64,000 bases of DNA, taken from NCBI RefSeq assembly GCF_018350175.1, contig NC_058368.1, positions 153,638,001 to 153,702,000 on the forward strand, given 5' to 3'. The translations under genes and the position numbers were made by a program. Shown here in pieces: positions 40,304 through 53,320 of this stretch. The notes below the pieces were generated by a model that was not told where the DNA came from, made no database searches, and saw nothing but the letters and a program-made list of their open reading frames with translations. This DNA is from Felis catus (lineage: Eukaryota). The first letter of the stretch is position 1. Each line of letters starts with the position of its first letter.

Positions 40304-40415
40304 TTGCCATTGCTTTTGCTGGAGCACCGTGGACAGAGTCCCAAGTTCTTTCAACAAAGCAAAGACTTGCATGAGATGTGACACATCTACAGAACTACTT
40401 ATCAGCGAGGGAGAG
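40304..40415 (+). other. Candidate minor or non-coding exon
   Basis: Acceptor ttctgcttctttttgcag|T; GC-type donor GAG|gcgagt; 112 nt, not frame-preserving. Confidence 0.2.
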
Positions 40416-42610
40416 GCGAGTGGGTTGGCACTTCCAGGAATATGACAGAAAGAAAAGGAAGAATAAAAAGCTGCTATCACACCTGCCACAGAGGGCAATA
40501 AAAGATGTGTGATATGGCAGGGCAGAAAGCTAGTGAGGGAGTTGAATGCTTCATGAATAAATGGCATATTTAGGGTAGCAAAAATGTGTTAGAAACATTT
40601 TTTTAGGTTATATTACTCTGGTAATGAATGAAGAGGGTCATTCTAAATCTCACAATTATCACAGTATGGTAGGTTTCCAGCATTAAAGACATGCAACACT
40701 AGCTTTTAATTCTGTAGTCTGGAAACACAGAAGACCTCATGTGTAGATAGATTATCGAGGAAGGGGCCAACTATTCTGGAACTTTTTGAACACTTTCTGA
40801 ATGCTGTGGATTAATATCCAACTAAATCTCTGCTGCATAAAATTAAAGTAACAGTGGTTTTGCCTCTGGAAAGTCATTGGAGTGTCTGGACTCCACTGAG
40901 TCATAGGTCTTAGAAACTCTGAAAGTTTAGTCTAATTGAAGAAAGTTTTATTAAAGGCTAAATTATGCAGTAGATGCTGGCGTCAAGTGAGAGACAAGTC
41001 TCTTCCCACCTTTAATATGTGTACGGCACACAACCATTAATAGTTGAAATTCTGTATGATAAGAGCTGATTTAGAGTAGTTAATGGGATCATGGGTTAAA
41101 CTTGGGTGTAAGGAAGTTGGGACAACATTATCATAGCTAATAATGGTCAGTAATATCTTTCTGGACAAGGTGGAACAGCAGTGGGGGTGGGGGTGGGGGA
41201 GGTGACTGACTGGCATTCTAGAAGAGGCAGGGGCATGAAACTGCAGTGCATGTTTGGTGCTACAGGCTGTTTAAAGTGGCTGGAGTCTGAACTGGAGGCC
41301 TGGAGGCCAGGCATGTTACAGTTAAAGCTGGACACATGCCTGGACCCCGAGCTTGGGAAACTTGTATGCAGGCTAAGGAAAGCATTAAGAATTTAGATGT
41401 GGGAATCACTGGTGAATGGTAACCAGGGGAGTAGTGTGACTGATTTCGCTTATGATGAAGATCTCTCTGATGGGCTTCTCAAAGATGGATTTGGGGCCAG
41501 CCAGGTTTGCATGAGAGCTCAAATTCCAGCAATTCTGCCTCTGGGGGAGGGGAGGTGCTTGGTCTAGGGCAGTGAGGCAGCTGAGAAACATGTCAGGACT
41601 TCAAAGGCATTTCTCAATGACTGCCAGGAACAGAGTCAGGATTGTTGGGGCAGAGGGAAACCAATTTTAGTGAGAAGGTAATTACTTCCATTTGAGACAA
41701 GTTGAGCAAGAGAAGAAAATACTTTTTTACTTTTAGTTTTGAGTAAGAGTATTATACAATCAGTGAGGTAAAGTTGGGTTGAGGAGCAGCCCAGCTCTAA
41801 CTTTAAATGCTGAAGAGGAAAGTATCACAAAGCTCCTGAAGGACATACAAATGGCCGAGTTTCAGTTTTAGAGCTTTCTCTCTTGTGAGTTCCTGTATTT
41901 GCACACGGATGAGATTTAGGGTGGCAGAAGTTTTGAACTAAGGGCAAGCTAGGATAAGAAAGTTTGCATGGCTTTCAGTAAATGTTGTGTGAATGAAAAT
42001 GACTAATAGGCTCCAGTTTCTTAGGAGCCGTATTAATGATTCTTTTCTTTGGTCAGAGATTTGGTCAGTAACGAACTAAATGGTCAAGTTCTTACTGTAA
42101 CTTCCCATGTAATCAAATTCTTTAGAAAAATAATAGAAATTTTGCCGATCTAGCTTCATTTGTCATTTCTTCTCATGGCACTTTTCTGATTGGGACTTTG
42201 TTCCATAACTTTTCTTCTTATTGACGTTGGCTAATTGAGACTATGTGCGTGGTTATGCTGGTCCTATTCCATTTATGGAGAGCTTTTCTTCTTGTCGATC
42301 AAGTGGGGAACATAAATTACTGGTCCTACTTCTGTTATCTGGTTATTAATCTTAACTTTAATCCCTTGCCCTAATTTCCCACTTGTAACCTGTGTATTGA
42401 CCAGAGAAATTGTCTCTTTGAACATCATGTGGATCTTAGCAACTGAGAAGTGAAATACTAAATCTTTTGAGGCAGCTATTTATTGATGCAGTAAAAATCC
42501 ATTTTCATTGTGAACGTATTTTGTTAAATAGTGCTTTTAAAGAGGAAACATGCCATTATGCCAAAAACCTCAGCACACTTGCTATCCATGTTTGGATGCC
42601 AGAGTTTTCT

Positions 42611-42781
42611 TTCTTTCTTTCTTTTTTTTTTTAATGAAATTTATTGTCAAATTGGTTTCCATACAACACCCAGTGCTCATCCCAAAAGGTGCCCTCCTCA
42701 ATACCCATCACCCACCCTCCCCTCCCTCCCACCCCCCATCAACCCTCAGTCTGTTCTCAGTTTTTAAGAGTCTCTTATGCT
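42611..42781 (-). mobile_element. Extremely 5'-truncated feline L1 (3'UTR only)
   Basis: Perfect 20-bp TSD tttggatgccagagttttct at 42591-42610 and 42782-42801. Confidence 0.95.
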
Positions 42782-43867
42782 TTTGGATGCCAGAGTTTTC
42801 TATAACAGAAACGTTATCAAAATCCTCTCAGCTAAACAGGCAGGAGTCCTGATAGTGTCAGAATTCTGTGTGGCTCAGTGGTGGGCCAGGTTAGATAAAT
42901 ATCCCTCTTCCTTAAGACCTAACAGAAATTTTTGACTCAGGAGTTCTTGTGGCTACTGAAAGGCTGAGCTGTACCAGGCCCTTCTGAATCTGTTCTCTCC
43001 ACAATAGCTGGCATATCCTAATACATATTAAACTAGATTTAATTTTTATTTCAATAAATGTTTTTAAGTTTTTTTTTTTGCAAATATACTTAAATTTTTA
43101 CTATTGCCTACATCTCCATTACAAAAATAACTGATATTCATAATGATGACCCCATTACAGCATGAAGTGTTGAATTAAAGCAATATCAAATTTGTTCTAT
43201 GGTATCTGAGGCAGTGAAGTGGATTTTCATAAACAATATGGGGTAAAATTCAAAGATTTGTTTTATTTAAAGGTTATATCTAGTTCACCCAGAATGCCTC
43301 ATATTTGACCTCTTTGGTTAACTGGAGTTTTACTCTCCAGGCTTGCTGAGAGCACAACCTTATGTTAGATGGGCAGAGGGAATTATCTAGATTTATGGAA
43401 GGTATATGTGATAATGAAATATTTAAAATGCAAATGGAGGAAATCCTTTGCACTTCAATGTATTGAATGTGTTCAAGTCTACTTGGCATAAGGAAGCCAA
43501 GTAGGAAATTATGTGTCTAAGGATGGCAAACTACCCAGTCACCTGGAACATCATATCACTTACCTATGCAGAAGAGAAATTGAAAATGCCCTGAATAAAG
43601 GCAAGCAGAACAGTAATGTGCCAACCCAACGTATCAAAGAAAGAAATGGAGAAAATGTGGGGTTGTCAAATTTTATATCAAGACAATGTTTAACAATATA
43701 CATATACCTTTTTTTTTTAAGTACAGCAAGAGATAATTCTAGCTGCTTGAAGAAACAAAGGAGCAAGTTGGAATGCAGTGACAGCTCTATAATGCAATAA
43801 TAGGGTGCATGTCTTTGGAGCGGAATGGAGCAACTGAAAAGTAAGGGTCAGCTTCATTAATTACGTT

Positions 43868-44345
43868 TTAAAATTTTTATTTTAATTCCAACATAGTTAA
43901 CATATGGTGTTACATTAGTTTCAAGTGTACAATATAGTTATTCAGCAATTTCACACATTACTCAGTATTCATCACAACAAGTGCACTCCTTAATCCCCAT
44001 CATCTATTTCACCCATTCTCCTACCCACCTCCCTCTGCTAACCATCCATTTGTTCTCAATAGTTAAGGGTTTGTTTCTTGGCTTCTCTGTCTCTCTCACT
44101 CTCTTTTTATTTCCTTTGCTCATTTGTTTTCTTAAATTTCACATATGAATGAAATCATAGAGTACTTGTCTTTCTCTGACTTTGCTTAGCATTTTACTCT
44201 CTAGCTCCATCCATATTGTTGCAAATGACAAGATTTCATTCTTTTTTCTGGCTGCATATTCCTGTGTGTATATATGTATACACATATGTATATATATGAG
44301 TGTGTGCATATATATATATATGTATGTGTGTGTATATATATATAT

Positions 44346-44396
<51 letters not shown>

Positions 44397-44895
44397 ACCT
44401 CTTCTTTATCCATTCATCTATCAATGGGCACTTGTGTTGCTTCCATATCTTGGTTATTGTAAATAATGCTGCTATAAACATAGGGGTGCATGTATCCTTT
44501 TGAATTAGTGTTTTTGTATTTTGGGGATAAATACGCAGTAGCACTAGATTATAGGGTAGTTCCATTCAACTTTTTGAGGAACCTCCCTACTGTTTTCCAC
44601 AGTGGCTGCCCCAGTTTGCGTTCCCACCATTGGTGCACAAATATTCCTTTTTCTCTATATCTTAGGCAACATTTGTTTTGTGTGTTTTGATTTTAGCCAT
44701 TCTGACAGGTATGAGGTAGTTTTGATTTGCATTTTCCTGATGATGAGTGATGTTGAGCATCTTTTTCAGGTGTCTGTTGGCCTTGTGGATATCTTCTTTA
44801 GAGAAATGTCTGTTCATGTCTTCTGCCCATTTTCTAACTGTGTTATTTGTTTTTTGGGTGTTGACTTATGTAAGTTCTTTATATATTTTAAATAA
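43868..44895 (-). mobile_element. 5'-truncated carnivore L1 (~1 kb)
   Basis: ORF 44236-44565 reads [25 protein letters not shown]; compound microsatellite at 44263-44394. Confidence 0.95.
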
Positions 44896-45708
44896 GCCCC
44901 ATTAGTTATTATCTGTTAATCAGATTAGTCATTGGCAAAATCTACTGGAGTTTGAAATCTTCTTCAGAGAATCACAGAAAATCACATATTTTTCAAGGAA
45001 GCTTACTTGAGGCACAAGAATGTGACTTCCTATTAAGGAATGAGCTACTGGTCTTTTCACAAGATAAAGATCCATGCCTCTAGAGGGAAGCTCCTTCTGG
45101 TAGGGAGGACCCCAGCCAGAAGCCCAGGTGTTGATATGATACCTACATCTGTATGTCACTCAGCCTTTCCCACACTGACCAGCATGAGCAGCATTAGCAC
45201 TACATGCTTTCCAACTTTCATTTTTCTTTCCTAGTTTATCACAATCCTACCTACTTGAATTCTAATTATACCAGTAAAAGGCCTCCAGATAAAGTATATG
45301 TTAGAATCATTTCATTTTGCTGGACCTTTCAGGTTTAATTTCTTAATTAGCTATTCTTCTAACAAATTTACACATTCTGAAAAAAATAGATTTTACCCAT
45401 GGCATGCAACGTTCCTTTAGATGTTTTATATGGGAAAATATTAGCCTTAAATCATTGTCTTGCCAAGAAATGACGTGGAACTAATATTTATTGAATAAGT
45501 TAGCTGCTATACATTAGCTAATTGAATTAACTGCAGTGGAATCAGTAATTTTCTTTCTTGTTTATTTAATAACTTAATTTTCCTGCCACATAGGTGACTT
45601 AATTTTTACCTAAGTCTTATTTGTTTATCTTAAAGCTTAGTCACTTAGATAAAGCAGGTATTTGTATTATTCTGTGTCCATTTTTTCTGGGGTACGTGTA
45701 CCATTTCA

Positions 45709-45936
45709 TTTTTTTAAAAAATTTTTTTTAACGTTTATTTTATTTATTTTTGAGACAGAGAGAGACCGAGCATGAATGGGGGAGGGGCAGGGAGAGAGGG
45801 AGACACAGAACGGAAGCAGGCTCCAGGCTCCGAGCTGTCAGCCCAGAGCCCGACGCGGGGCTGGAACTCACGGACCGTGAGATCGTGACCTGAGGTGAAG
45901 TCGGACGCTTAACCGACTGAGCCACCCAGGCGCCCC
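45709..45936 (-). mobile_element. Feline SINE
   Basis: TSD tgtaccatttca. Confidence 0.96.
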
Positions 45937-46104
45937 GCATGTACCATTTCAATCTGTACATCCAAGTGTGCTTTCATTTTGAAGTGTTTTATTTATTTAT
46001 TTACTTACTTACTTACTTATATATTTATTATACATTTAGATTTTTGGTACATTATTTTATTTTCAGTCTTCGAGGTTATCAATATGCATAGTATGAATAT
46101 ACTT

Positions 46105-46810
46105 GGTCTTTTTTTAAGTCAAGTTTATTGATTTATAATATATGTATAGTAAAAATTCACTGTTTTTTTAACTGTACATTTTGACAAGTTGTGACATATG
46201 CTGTATGATCACTACCACATTCAAGATATAGAATATCCTCAGTCATCCCAAATTATCCATATGTCTCTTTATATTCACAGAGGTTGCTTTTCCAAAACTT
46301 TTTTCATTAGTGATCATGTTTTTTTACCAGTCCATTTTTTTCCAGCTGACAGTCTGCAATCACTGAATGGCTAACTGGGAAAAAGACTTGCCCTTAATAT
46401 TCATGACATAAATGCAAATTAAACAACAATAAATACCACTTTTGTCTGTCTTACTGGAACATATTAAAGATATGACATCCACTGTGAGACTGGTGTAGTT
46501 GGCCGTATTATTTTTGCATGTGGGAATAAATATTGGTACATTTTCAGAGGGAGTACTACATTACAATTTCTGAAATAGGAAGTTCATTAAACTATTCCAC
46601 TTTCCAAGAAAGTGTTAGAGATATGAATTGGTATTAATGTATAAAGATATTCATCATAGTATTTTTATAATTATAAAATGAATATTCAATACTATGAAGT
46701 TTATTGTGCTGTGTTATACCTGTTTAACGGGATATTATACAGCTATTAAAATATTTTAAATATATAGCTGTTATGTGATATAATTATTTTAACAGAAAAA
46801 AGTTAGGACT
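46105..46810. mobile_element. Old L1 fragments (minus-strand 3' end, then plus-strand ORF2 tail)
   Basis: aagtttattgatttataatatatgtatagtaaaaattcac; aaatgcaaattaaacaacaataaataccactttt. Confidence 0.6.
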
Positions 46811-47945
46811 GACTCCCTGGATTAAGTATTTCTCCTTTCTTGGGGATGGGTGGGCTCCCAAAGATTCTGTCTTTGCCACAGCTTACTGATCTGAATTTTT
46901 CAAAATTTGTATAATTAACCTTGCTTCATTTATGGTCATAATTTTTTAATAATCAAATCTTAAAAAATCCAGTTATTTCTTGGGATGGTATATAATGAAT
47001 AGAAGATTATATACTTCTGAGGCCACAATGTTAAGTCTTTATTTTTAAATATATTTTTAAACTAATTTTTAAATTTTTAAATATATTTTATAAAGTTCAT
47101 TTAATATTTTTAGAATATAGTGTTATAACAAATACAATGGTAGGGAAAAGGTATAGCTCTTATAATATAAAAGCAATACCATTCATTTAAGAATCATTTT
47201 AAAAGAAAGAAACTTGCGAGAGAAGACCTGAGATAATTAAATTTTCATTAATTGTTTTTCTAGAAGATTATTTTTTGCTGGCCATTGATCTTGATAATAA
47301 CCGTTAGACTTTAATTCATGGATATATGGGTATGAAAGGCATACTTGATACAACATTTGGCTAGCACTGATTGACATAAACATTTGAATAAATCTTCAAA
47401 AATCTGTCATGGCCAAGAACACTGAACATAAACTCCTTGACACATGTGACCCACTAATGTTGGAATTGTTTGAAATGCCTCTTTAGTCTTAGCCCAACCC
47501 TTCCTAATGGAGTTGTCTTTATTATTTCTCAATTTCATTCTTCTGGATGTTTATATCTAATAACATACACGCTTATTAGCTTGTTTCAGTTAAAATGATT
47601 TTTATACTTTTTTAACATTTCAAAAAAGCAAATATTCATTTAATTTCTAAGATTATGAGGTAAGGAATGTCTGTTTTATTTCAAGATGTGAATTATGTTC
47701 ACAGAAATAAATATCAACAAAGATACATGTTGAATTGTCTTTGTATTGAAACTGTAAATTCTTGAGAGTAGAGAATGTATATTTTGTTCACTATGATCTT
47801 TTGACTTGAAAATAGATGATCAATAAATATTGGTTATGAATAAATATTACACTTACATTGTCGAAAATCAACTTCATTAGTAGAGTGTCAAGAAAATTTA
47901 AGTGAATTAGACATACACAGACTCTTTTTTAAAAAAATGCTTATT

Positions 47946-48143
47946 GGGGTGCCTGGGTGGCTTAGTCGGTTAAGCGTCCGACTTCAACTCAGATCCTGAT
48001 CTCACAATTCGTGAGTTCAAGCCCCGCGTCACGCCCTGTGCTGATAGCTCAGACCCTGGAGTCTGCTTCAGATTCTGTGTCTCCCTCTTTCTCTGTCCAT
48101 CCCCTGCTCGCGCTCTGTCTTTCTCAAAAATAAATAAAACATT
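47946..48143 (+). mobile_element. Can-SINE
   Basis: Head ggggtgcctgggtggcttagtcggttaagcg; TSD core atgcttatt. Confidence 0.95.
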
Positions 48144-49243
48144 AAGAATATGCTTATTCCAGGCATTAGAAAGTAGACATACGAAAAATGCAAATGGAGC
48201 ATGGAGTTGATTGAACCAAGTAATACAGTATCTGTTGCTCCTACCTGTTCTTTCACATGTCCTTCCATGACTTTTTCCCTGTCTCTAAATGAAACAATTC
48301 CTTTTTGTTTAAATCCTGTAAAGCAACCAAGAGTCATGGATTAATTTGGTTCTTCTTCCTTTGAGCACTGATCATGTTCGTAAAATGCTTTCTATGCTGA
48401 TATGTCTTTAGTGTCTTATGAATAATTAGTTGATTTTGCTGATAATTTGAGAAAGGAAGAAGATCTCACATTTCATCACTATCAGGGAACTTTGACATGT
48501 TAAGTTTTTACCATTTAGCATAAGTTAAGTCTTATTAGGACCTTTTGTCAATAGTAATTCCTAGGCTTCTGTTAGTTGCTATACAAATAAAAGGAGAGAG
48601 ATTGACTGTAGAGTTCTGGAACAAACTAATGAGGAATTAAGTTTCTCTATATTTTAGGCAGATCATGATCTAAATTAGATGCCCTTTAGGTTTCTCATCT
48701 CTATGGCCTAATTAAATTAAACCCAAACTCTATGAAGTCAAGTATTTCTATGTGTAAATTGTATCCTTAAATCTTCTCACACCATTTCAAATCACCTTAC
48801 TACCAGTAATAAACTCTCTACTTTTTCTCTGTCAACATCATTGTTGATCTCATAAGTCCTGTTTGTTTCAAAACCTCAATTGTGACTGACCTCAATCATG
48901 ATGAAATACTTCTTGTATTAGCTCATGCTTTGGGATGAGTTTTGTCACATTATCAAGCACTTGCTTAAGTGATGTTTTGGAATGTTTTTTGATTTATGTT
49001 CATTGTTCTAACTACATTGTGGACCTTTCAAAACTGAGGCAGAAATAAAGATATCAGAGAAACTGAAAGAGCAATTTGTTTTCTGAGGCATCTCTCTCAA
49101 AGTGGGACTTGTTCAACCCTTTCTTCAGGTGGAGATGTTGAGCTTATGGTTGTTAACATATTATGAAAAGAAGCGTTGTAATGATGAAACACTAGAAGAC
49201 ATTTTCAAATAGTGCCTCTTTTTTAATGTATTTGTTTCCCAAG

Positions 49244-49302
49244 CAGCAGACGGTACCACCAGTAATCCTGTCTGGACCCATCACTGAGCTTGCTCCACAA
49301 AT
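49244..49302 (+). other. Candidate short plus-strand exon (53-59 nt)
   Basis: Acceptor ttttttaatgtatttgtttcccaag|cag|cag|; donor AAT|gtaaga; body locally richer in GC. Confidence 0.3.
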
Positions 49303-49499
49303 GTAAGAACTCTTCTGTTTTTGCCCCAGGCATAACACTTCTGTTATTCATAGGCTCCCATGTGTTTATATGTTGTCACATTGTCATGAGAAGAAAATAA
49401 ATGACATGTGAGATATTCTGAGAATCTTAATTTTTCTATGATATATAATTTGAAGCTCTACTTAGGGTGAAAACCTAAAGATTATTGCATTACATCCTA

Positions 49500-50585
49500 A
49501 ATTTATGATAAATCCAATAAGGGGTTAATATAAAAAACTCATCAAACTCAACAGCAAGAAAAATTTTGATTAAAAAATGGGTAGAACTCCTGAATAGACA
49601 TTTTTGAAAAGAAAACATACAGCCAACAAACACAAGAAAATACACTCAACATTAGTAATCATCAGGGAAATAGAAATCAAAACCATGATGATATATCACT
49701 TTACACCTGACAAAATGTCTATTACCAAAAGGTAAGAAATAACAAATATTGGAGAAGATGACAAATAAGGGAAAGTGTTGGAGAAAAGGGAACACTCATG
49801 CACTATTTGTAGGGGATATAAATTGGTTCAACCACTAGAGAAAACAGTATGGAGGTTCCTCAAAAAATTAAAACTAGATCTATCATGCAATCTACCAATT
49901 TTACTATTGGGTACTTATCCAAAGAAAATCAAAACATTAATTCATAAAGGTCTATGCACCCTTAGGGTCACTGCAACATTATTTACAATAGCCAAGATAT
50001 GGAAGCAATCTGAGCGTCCAACAAGATTTGAATGGATAAAGAAGATGCAATATATATGTGTGTGTGTGTATATAATGGAACACACACACACACAGGCACA
50101 CACATACACACATATATACGATAGAATATTAGCCGTAAAAAAGAATGGATTCTTGCCATTTGCAACAACATGGATGGTCCTAGATTTTACTTATACTAGG
50201 TAAAATAAGTCAATCAGAGATATAGCAATATTGTATGATTTCACTTATATATGGAATCTAAAAAAACAAAGCAAATGAACACATGAGACAAAACAGAAGC
50301 GGACTCAGATTCAAAGAATAGTCTGGTGGTTGTTGGAGGGAGCTAGGGGGATCAGTGACCTAGGTGAAGGGGATTAATAGGTACAAATTTATGGTTATAA
50401 AATAAGTCACAGGAATGTAGGTACAACATAGGGAATATAGTCAGTAATATTGTAATTACTTTGTATGGTGATAGATGGTAACTAGTCTTATTGTGGTGAT
50501 CATTTTGTAGCGTATATAAAAGTTGAATCACCATGTTTCCCACTGTAAACGAATATGATATTGCATGTCAACTATACTTAAATAA
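49500..50585 (+). mobile_element. L1MA-type 3' fragment
   Basis: ORF 49775-50203 reads KTVWRFLKKLKL...LFTIAKIWKQ; 3'UTR ends gtcaactatacttaaataa. Confidence 0.92.
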
Positions 50586-52050
50586 TAGATGTCAGGAAAG
50601 TTCCTCAATCGGGTGCATTGTGTATTTTTTTTCTTAAGAGTCTAGTGACTCCTATTAGCAGTCAGAAGGATGGCATGTATGCATAGAGAGAAAGAGAAAA
50701 ACTATCTTCTTAAAGTTAATATGTTTTTATTTTCAAGAATGTTCAAGAAATGTGCAAATAGAGATTTCATTTTATAGCCATCCTTATTTTATTCCTATGG
50801 CCTGGGAAAATGTGTCTAGTTATTTGTCTTTATTATAGGTTTTAAAAATAGAGATAAATCAGGAAATAATCTGTTTTCTATTCTTCTTCTAAAAGCAGCA
50901 CTTATTAAAATTTCATTCAGCGTTTGATCCTTTACACCAATACATGAGGCTAGATAATGTCCAAGAAAATTATTGCAAGTCAATAGGTCTTTTTCCATGC
51001 ATGTTTCATCATTGAGATTTTGCTGCACCCTTGATTGAAAGTCATGGTCTACTAGAAGCATGACACTGACACCAGTCAACTCTACATGAGCTCTGCTTCT
51101 TGAAGCTTGCAGAATAGTCCAACAAAGGTCTTTCAACTTAACAAACCACACTGAAATTTGGGCTTTTCACTGAATTGGTGTTTTTATAGACTATGCTGAA
51201 ATTTTGGTAGGTTATTTAAATTATGTAGATTCCTGAAATAAACTGTTTGGATGGGAATGAATATTGCTTGTCATTCATTTTAAAAGAAATAAGCAATTTG
51301 ACTCTTAAGTATTAATGTGATGGGAAAAGGACTTGATCTTCATGCCATCAGAAGTAGATTGTTGATCACTGGAGAAATGCAGTTATCTAGAAAAAAACTT
51401 CTTTACTCACACTATTTATAAAAAAAATGTATTTGTGTTATATTTCTGGACAAAACAGACTTTTCTCTGAGTCTTATGTTCTAGTCTGCCATCTTTAAAA
51501 GAAGTACATTTGCTTTTTCATAATCATTTAATTTTTACAATTGGCATAAATAGTATGAAAGGAGAGTAAAAAGAAATCCATAAGATTCTATTCCCTGACA
51601 ATAATTTATAAGTCATAACAAATTATACCTCTTCATATTCTTTAAGTCATTTTATTGATAAAATAAAAGCCACTTAAATGCTTAGTCAATGTAACTGTGG
51701 CATGCTTATTGTGTCTGGGAAGTTTTTTATTTTTGTTAGGGAAAGGTATTTGGAAAATACTCTTATCTGTTGATGGTACCCTGGGGTATTTGTGAAAGTA
51801 AGCACATTGTTACTTGATAAGGAGAATTTTGTTTAAAATAAGAAGATACTTTTACAATTTTCTTCCTGATATTATTTCTCCATCCTTGTTGCCTATTTCT
51901 GTATCTTCTCTCCATTAAGAGGATGCCAGCTTTGGGGAATTGGTTCACTCTAGAGTCTGCATGTGGTGAGTTGGTAATTATAACATAGCCAAAAAGAATC
52001 TTAGATGGGATTTTACATGTGGGGTAGAAGGATACTTTCAAAGGCTCTTT

Positions 52051-52209
52051 GAAAGATTGGTTGCATAATTTGTGGAGACATTGCAAAATTAAAATGCAGA
52101 ATTTTTTGTTGAAATATTACTAAAAATTTCAAGATGGTGACAGCAGAGCATCAAACCAATTGGGAGCCTTTTGTGACTGCATAGGTTGGTGCCCGTGAAG
52201 TTGGTCTTG
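52051..52209 (-). mobile_element. MER45A-like hAT-Tip100 MITE
   Basis: aatttcaagatggtgacagcagagcatcaaaccaa; 8-bp TSD ggctcYtt. Confidence 0.85.
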
Positions 52210-53204
52210 GGCTCCTTGTCTTGGGAGACTCTTAATCTCTTCCCCTGTTCTTCAGGTCCCTGAGGAACATCTGTTCCCTCATTTGTTGTGGACTTTGAGT
52301 AGCTGTTTTTTTTTCTTTCTACTTTTAGTTGGAATTCTTATTTTTGCCTTTCTAACAATTTTTGTTTCATGTGCTGCCTCTAAACTGCCCAGCAGTATTG
52401 TTTTTGACAACTAATTCCAGAACATCTTTCAATTTAACCACCTCTTTGATTTTCCTTTTTCCTTTTGAAAGAAGCTTTCCTCCTACCCTGGCTTGTGTGA
52501 TCTGGTTCCAACATCTGCTCTTTGTCTTAACGGAATACTCTCATTGCCCCAGGATTGTTAAATGTGGGATGGATCATATGTCCTAAGACTAAAGAGCAGG
52601 ACTAGATAGCGGCACCAAGATGCCATTACCCTCATGTTCCTCTTTCCCTACTCTCAGATTTTGGAGAGATCTGAGAACCAAATACCCATTTTTGTTGCTG
52701 GATCCACAGCTATTTTGCTCTGAATGTATGACCTCATTTCTTCTACCTGTGTGAACTGGAGTAGACAATAGCTTAGAAGGATAGTAAAGTTCCCTTTCAT
52801 CATCATTAGAAACTCTTAAGAAAACCTAAGACTTTGCCTTCCTTTTTTCTCTTTTCTGGGCCCTAACCAGATTGTTTTTAGCTCTGTAGATTAAAAGATC
52901 ATTTTCAAGGAGGAGGAGGATAGCTCAACAGAAGAAAGGGAAAAATACACTTTAAAAGAGTACTCTTGAAACTAAAAGGAATCTTGAGATAAAGTTAGTT
53001 CAGCTCCTTAAGTATTCAGCCCAAAACAAGTAAAGCTAAAAAACCAAAGAATACAACATCCTTTTCAATATTATTGTTCCTAACAGAATATTCAGAATAT
53101 TCTTCTCTCCTTGACAGTAGTTCAAGGCTCTGAGCCAAAGGGAGAAATCAGGTCACTCATATTTCCTCCTAGTCTTTATTTATCAATACTTCTGCATTTC
53201 TAAA

Positions 53205-53320
53205 GCAGCTTCTTAATTCCTTCCAGCAACCCCGTATTAAGTTAGGTAGAAATCACTTATTATTAATGTGGGAACTGAGGCTCATGTGACTTAGCTGATA
53301 CTTCCAAGGGTTACAATATT
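53205..53320 (-). mobile_element. MIR relic
   Basis: ggaactgaggctca...acttccaagggttaca. Confidence 0.6.

Noticed and set aside
43143..43209. ATGATGA...CTGA snoRNA candidate (similar pairs at ~54130-54211 and ~60564-60616)
   Set aside because: Such motifs are common in AT-rich DNA; no convincing stems or rRNA/snRNA complementarity seen
50816..51151. 111-aa minus-strand ORF outside obvious repeats
   Set aside because: GTG start, weak acceptor, no recognisable homology; within chance expectation
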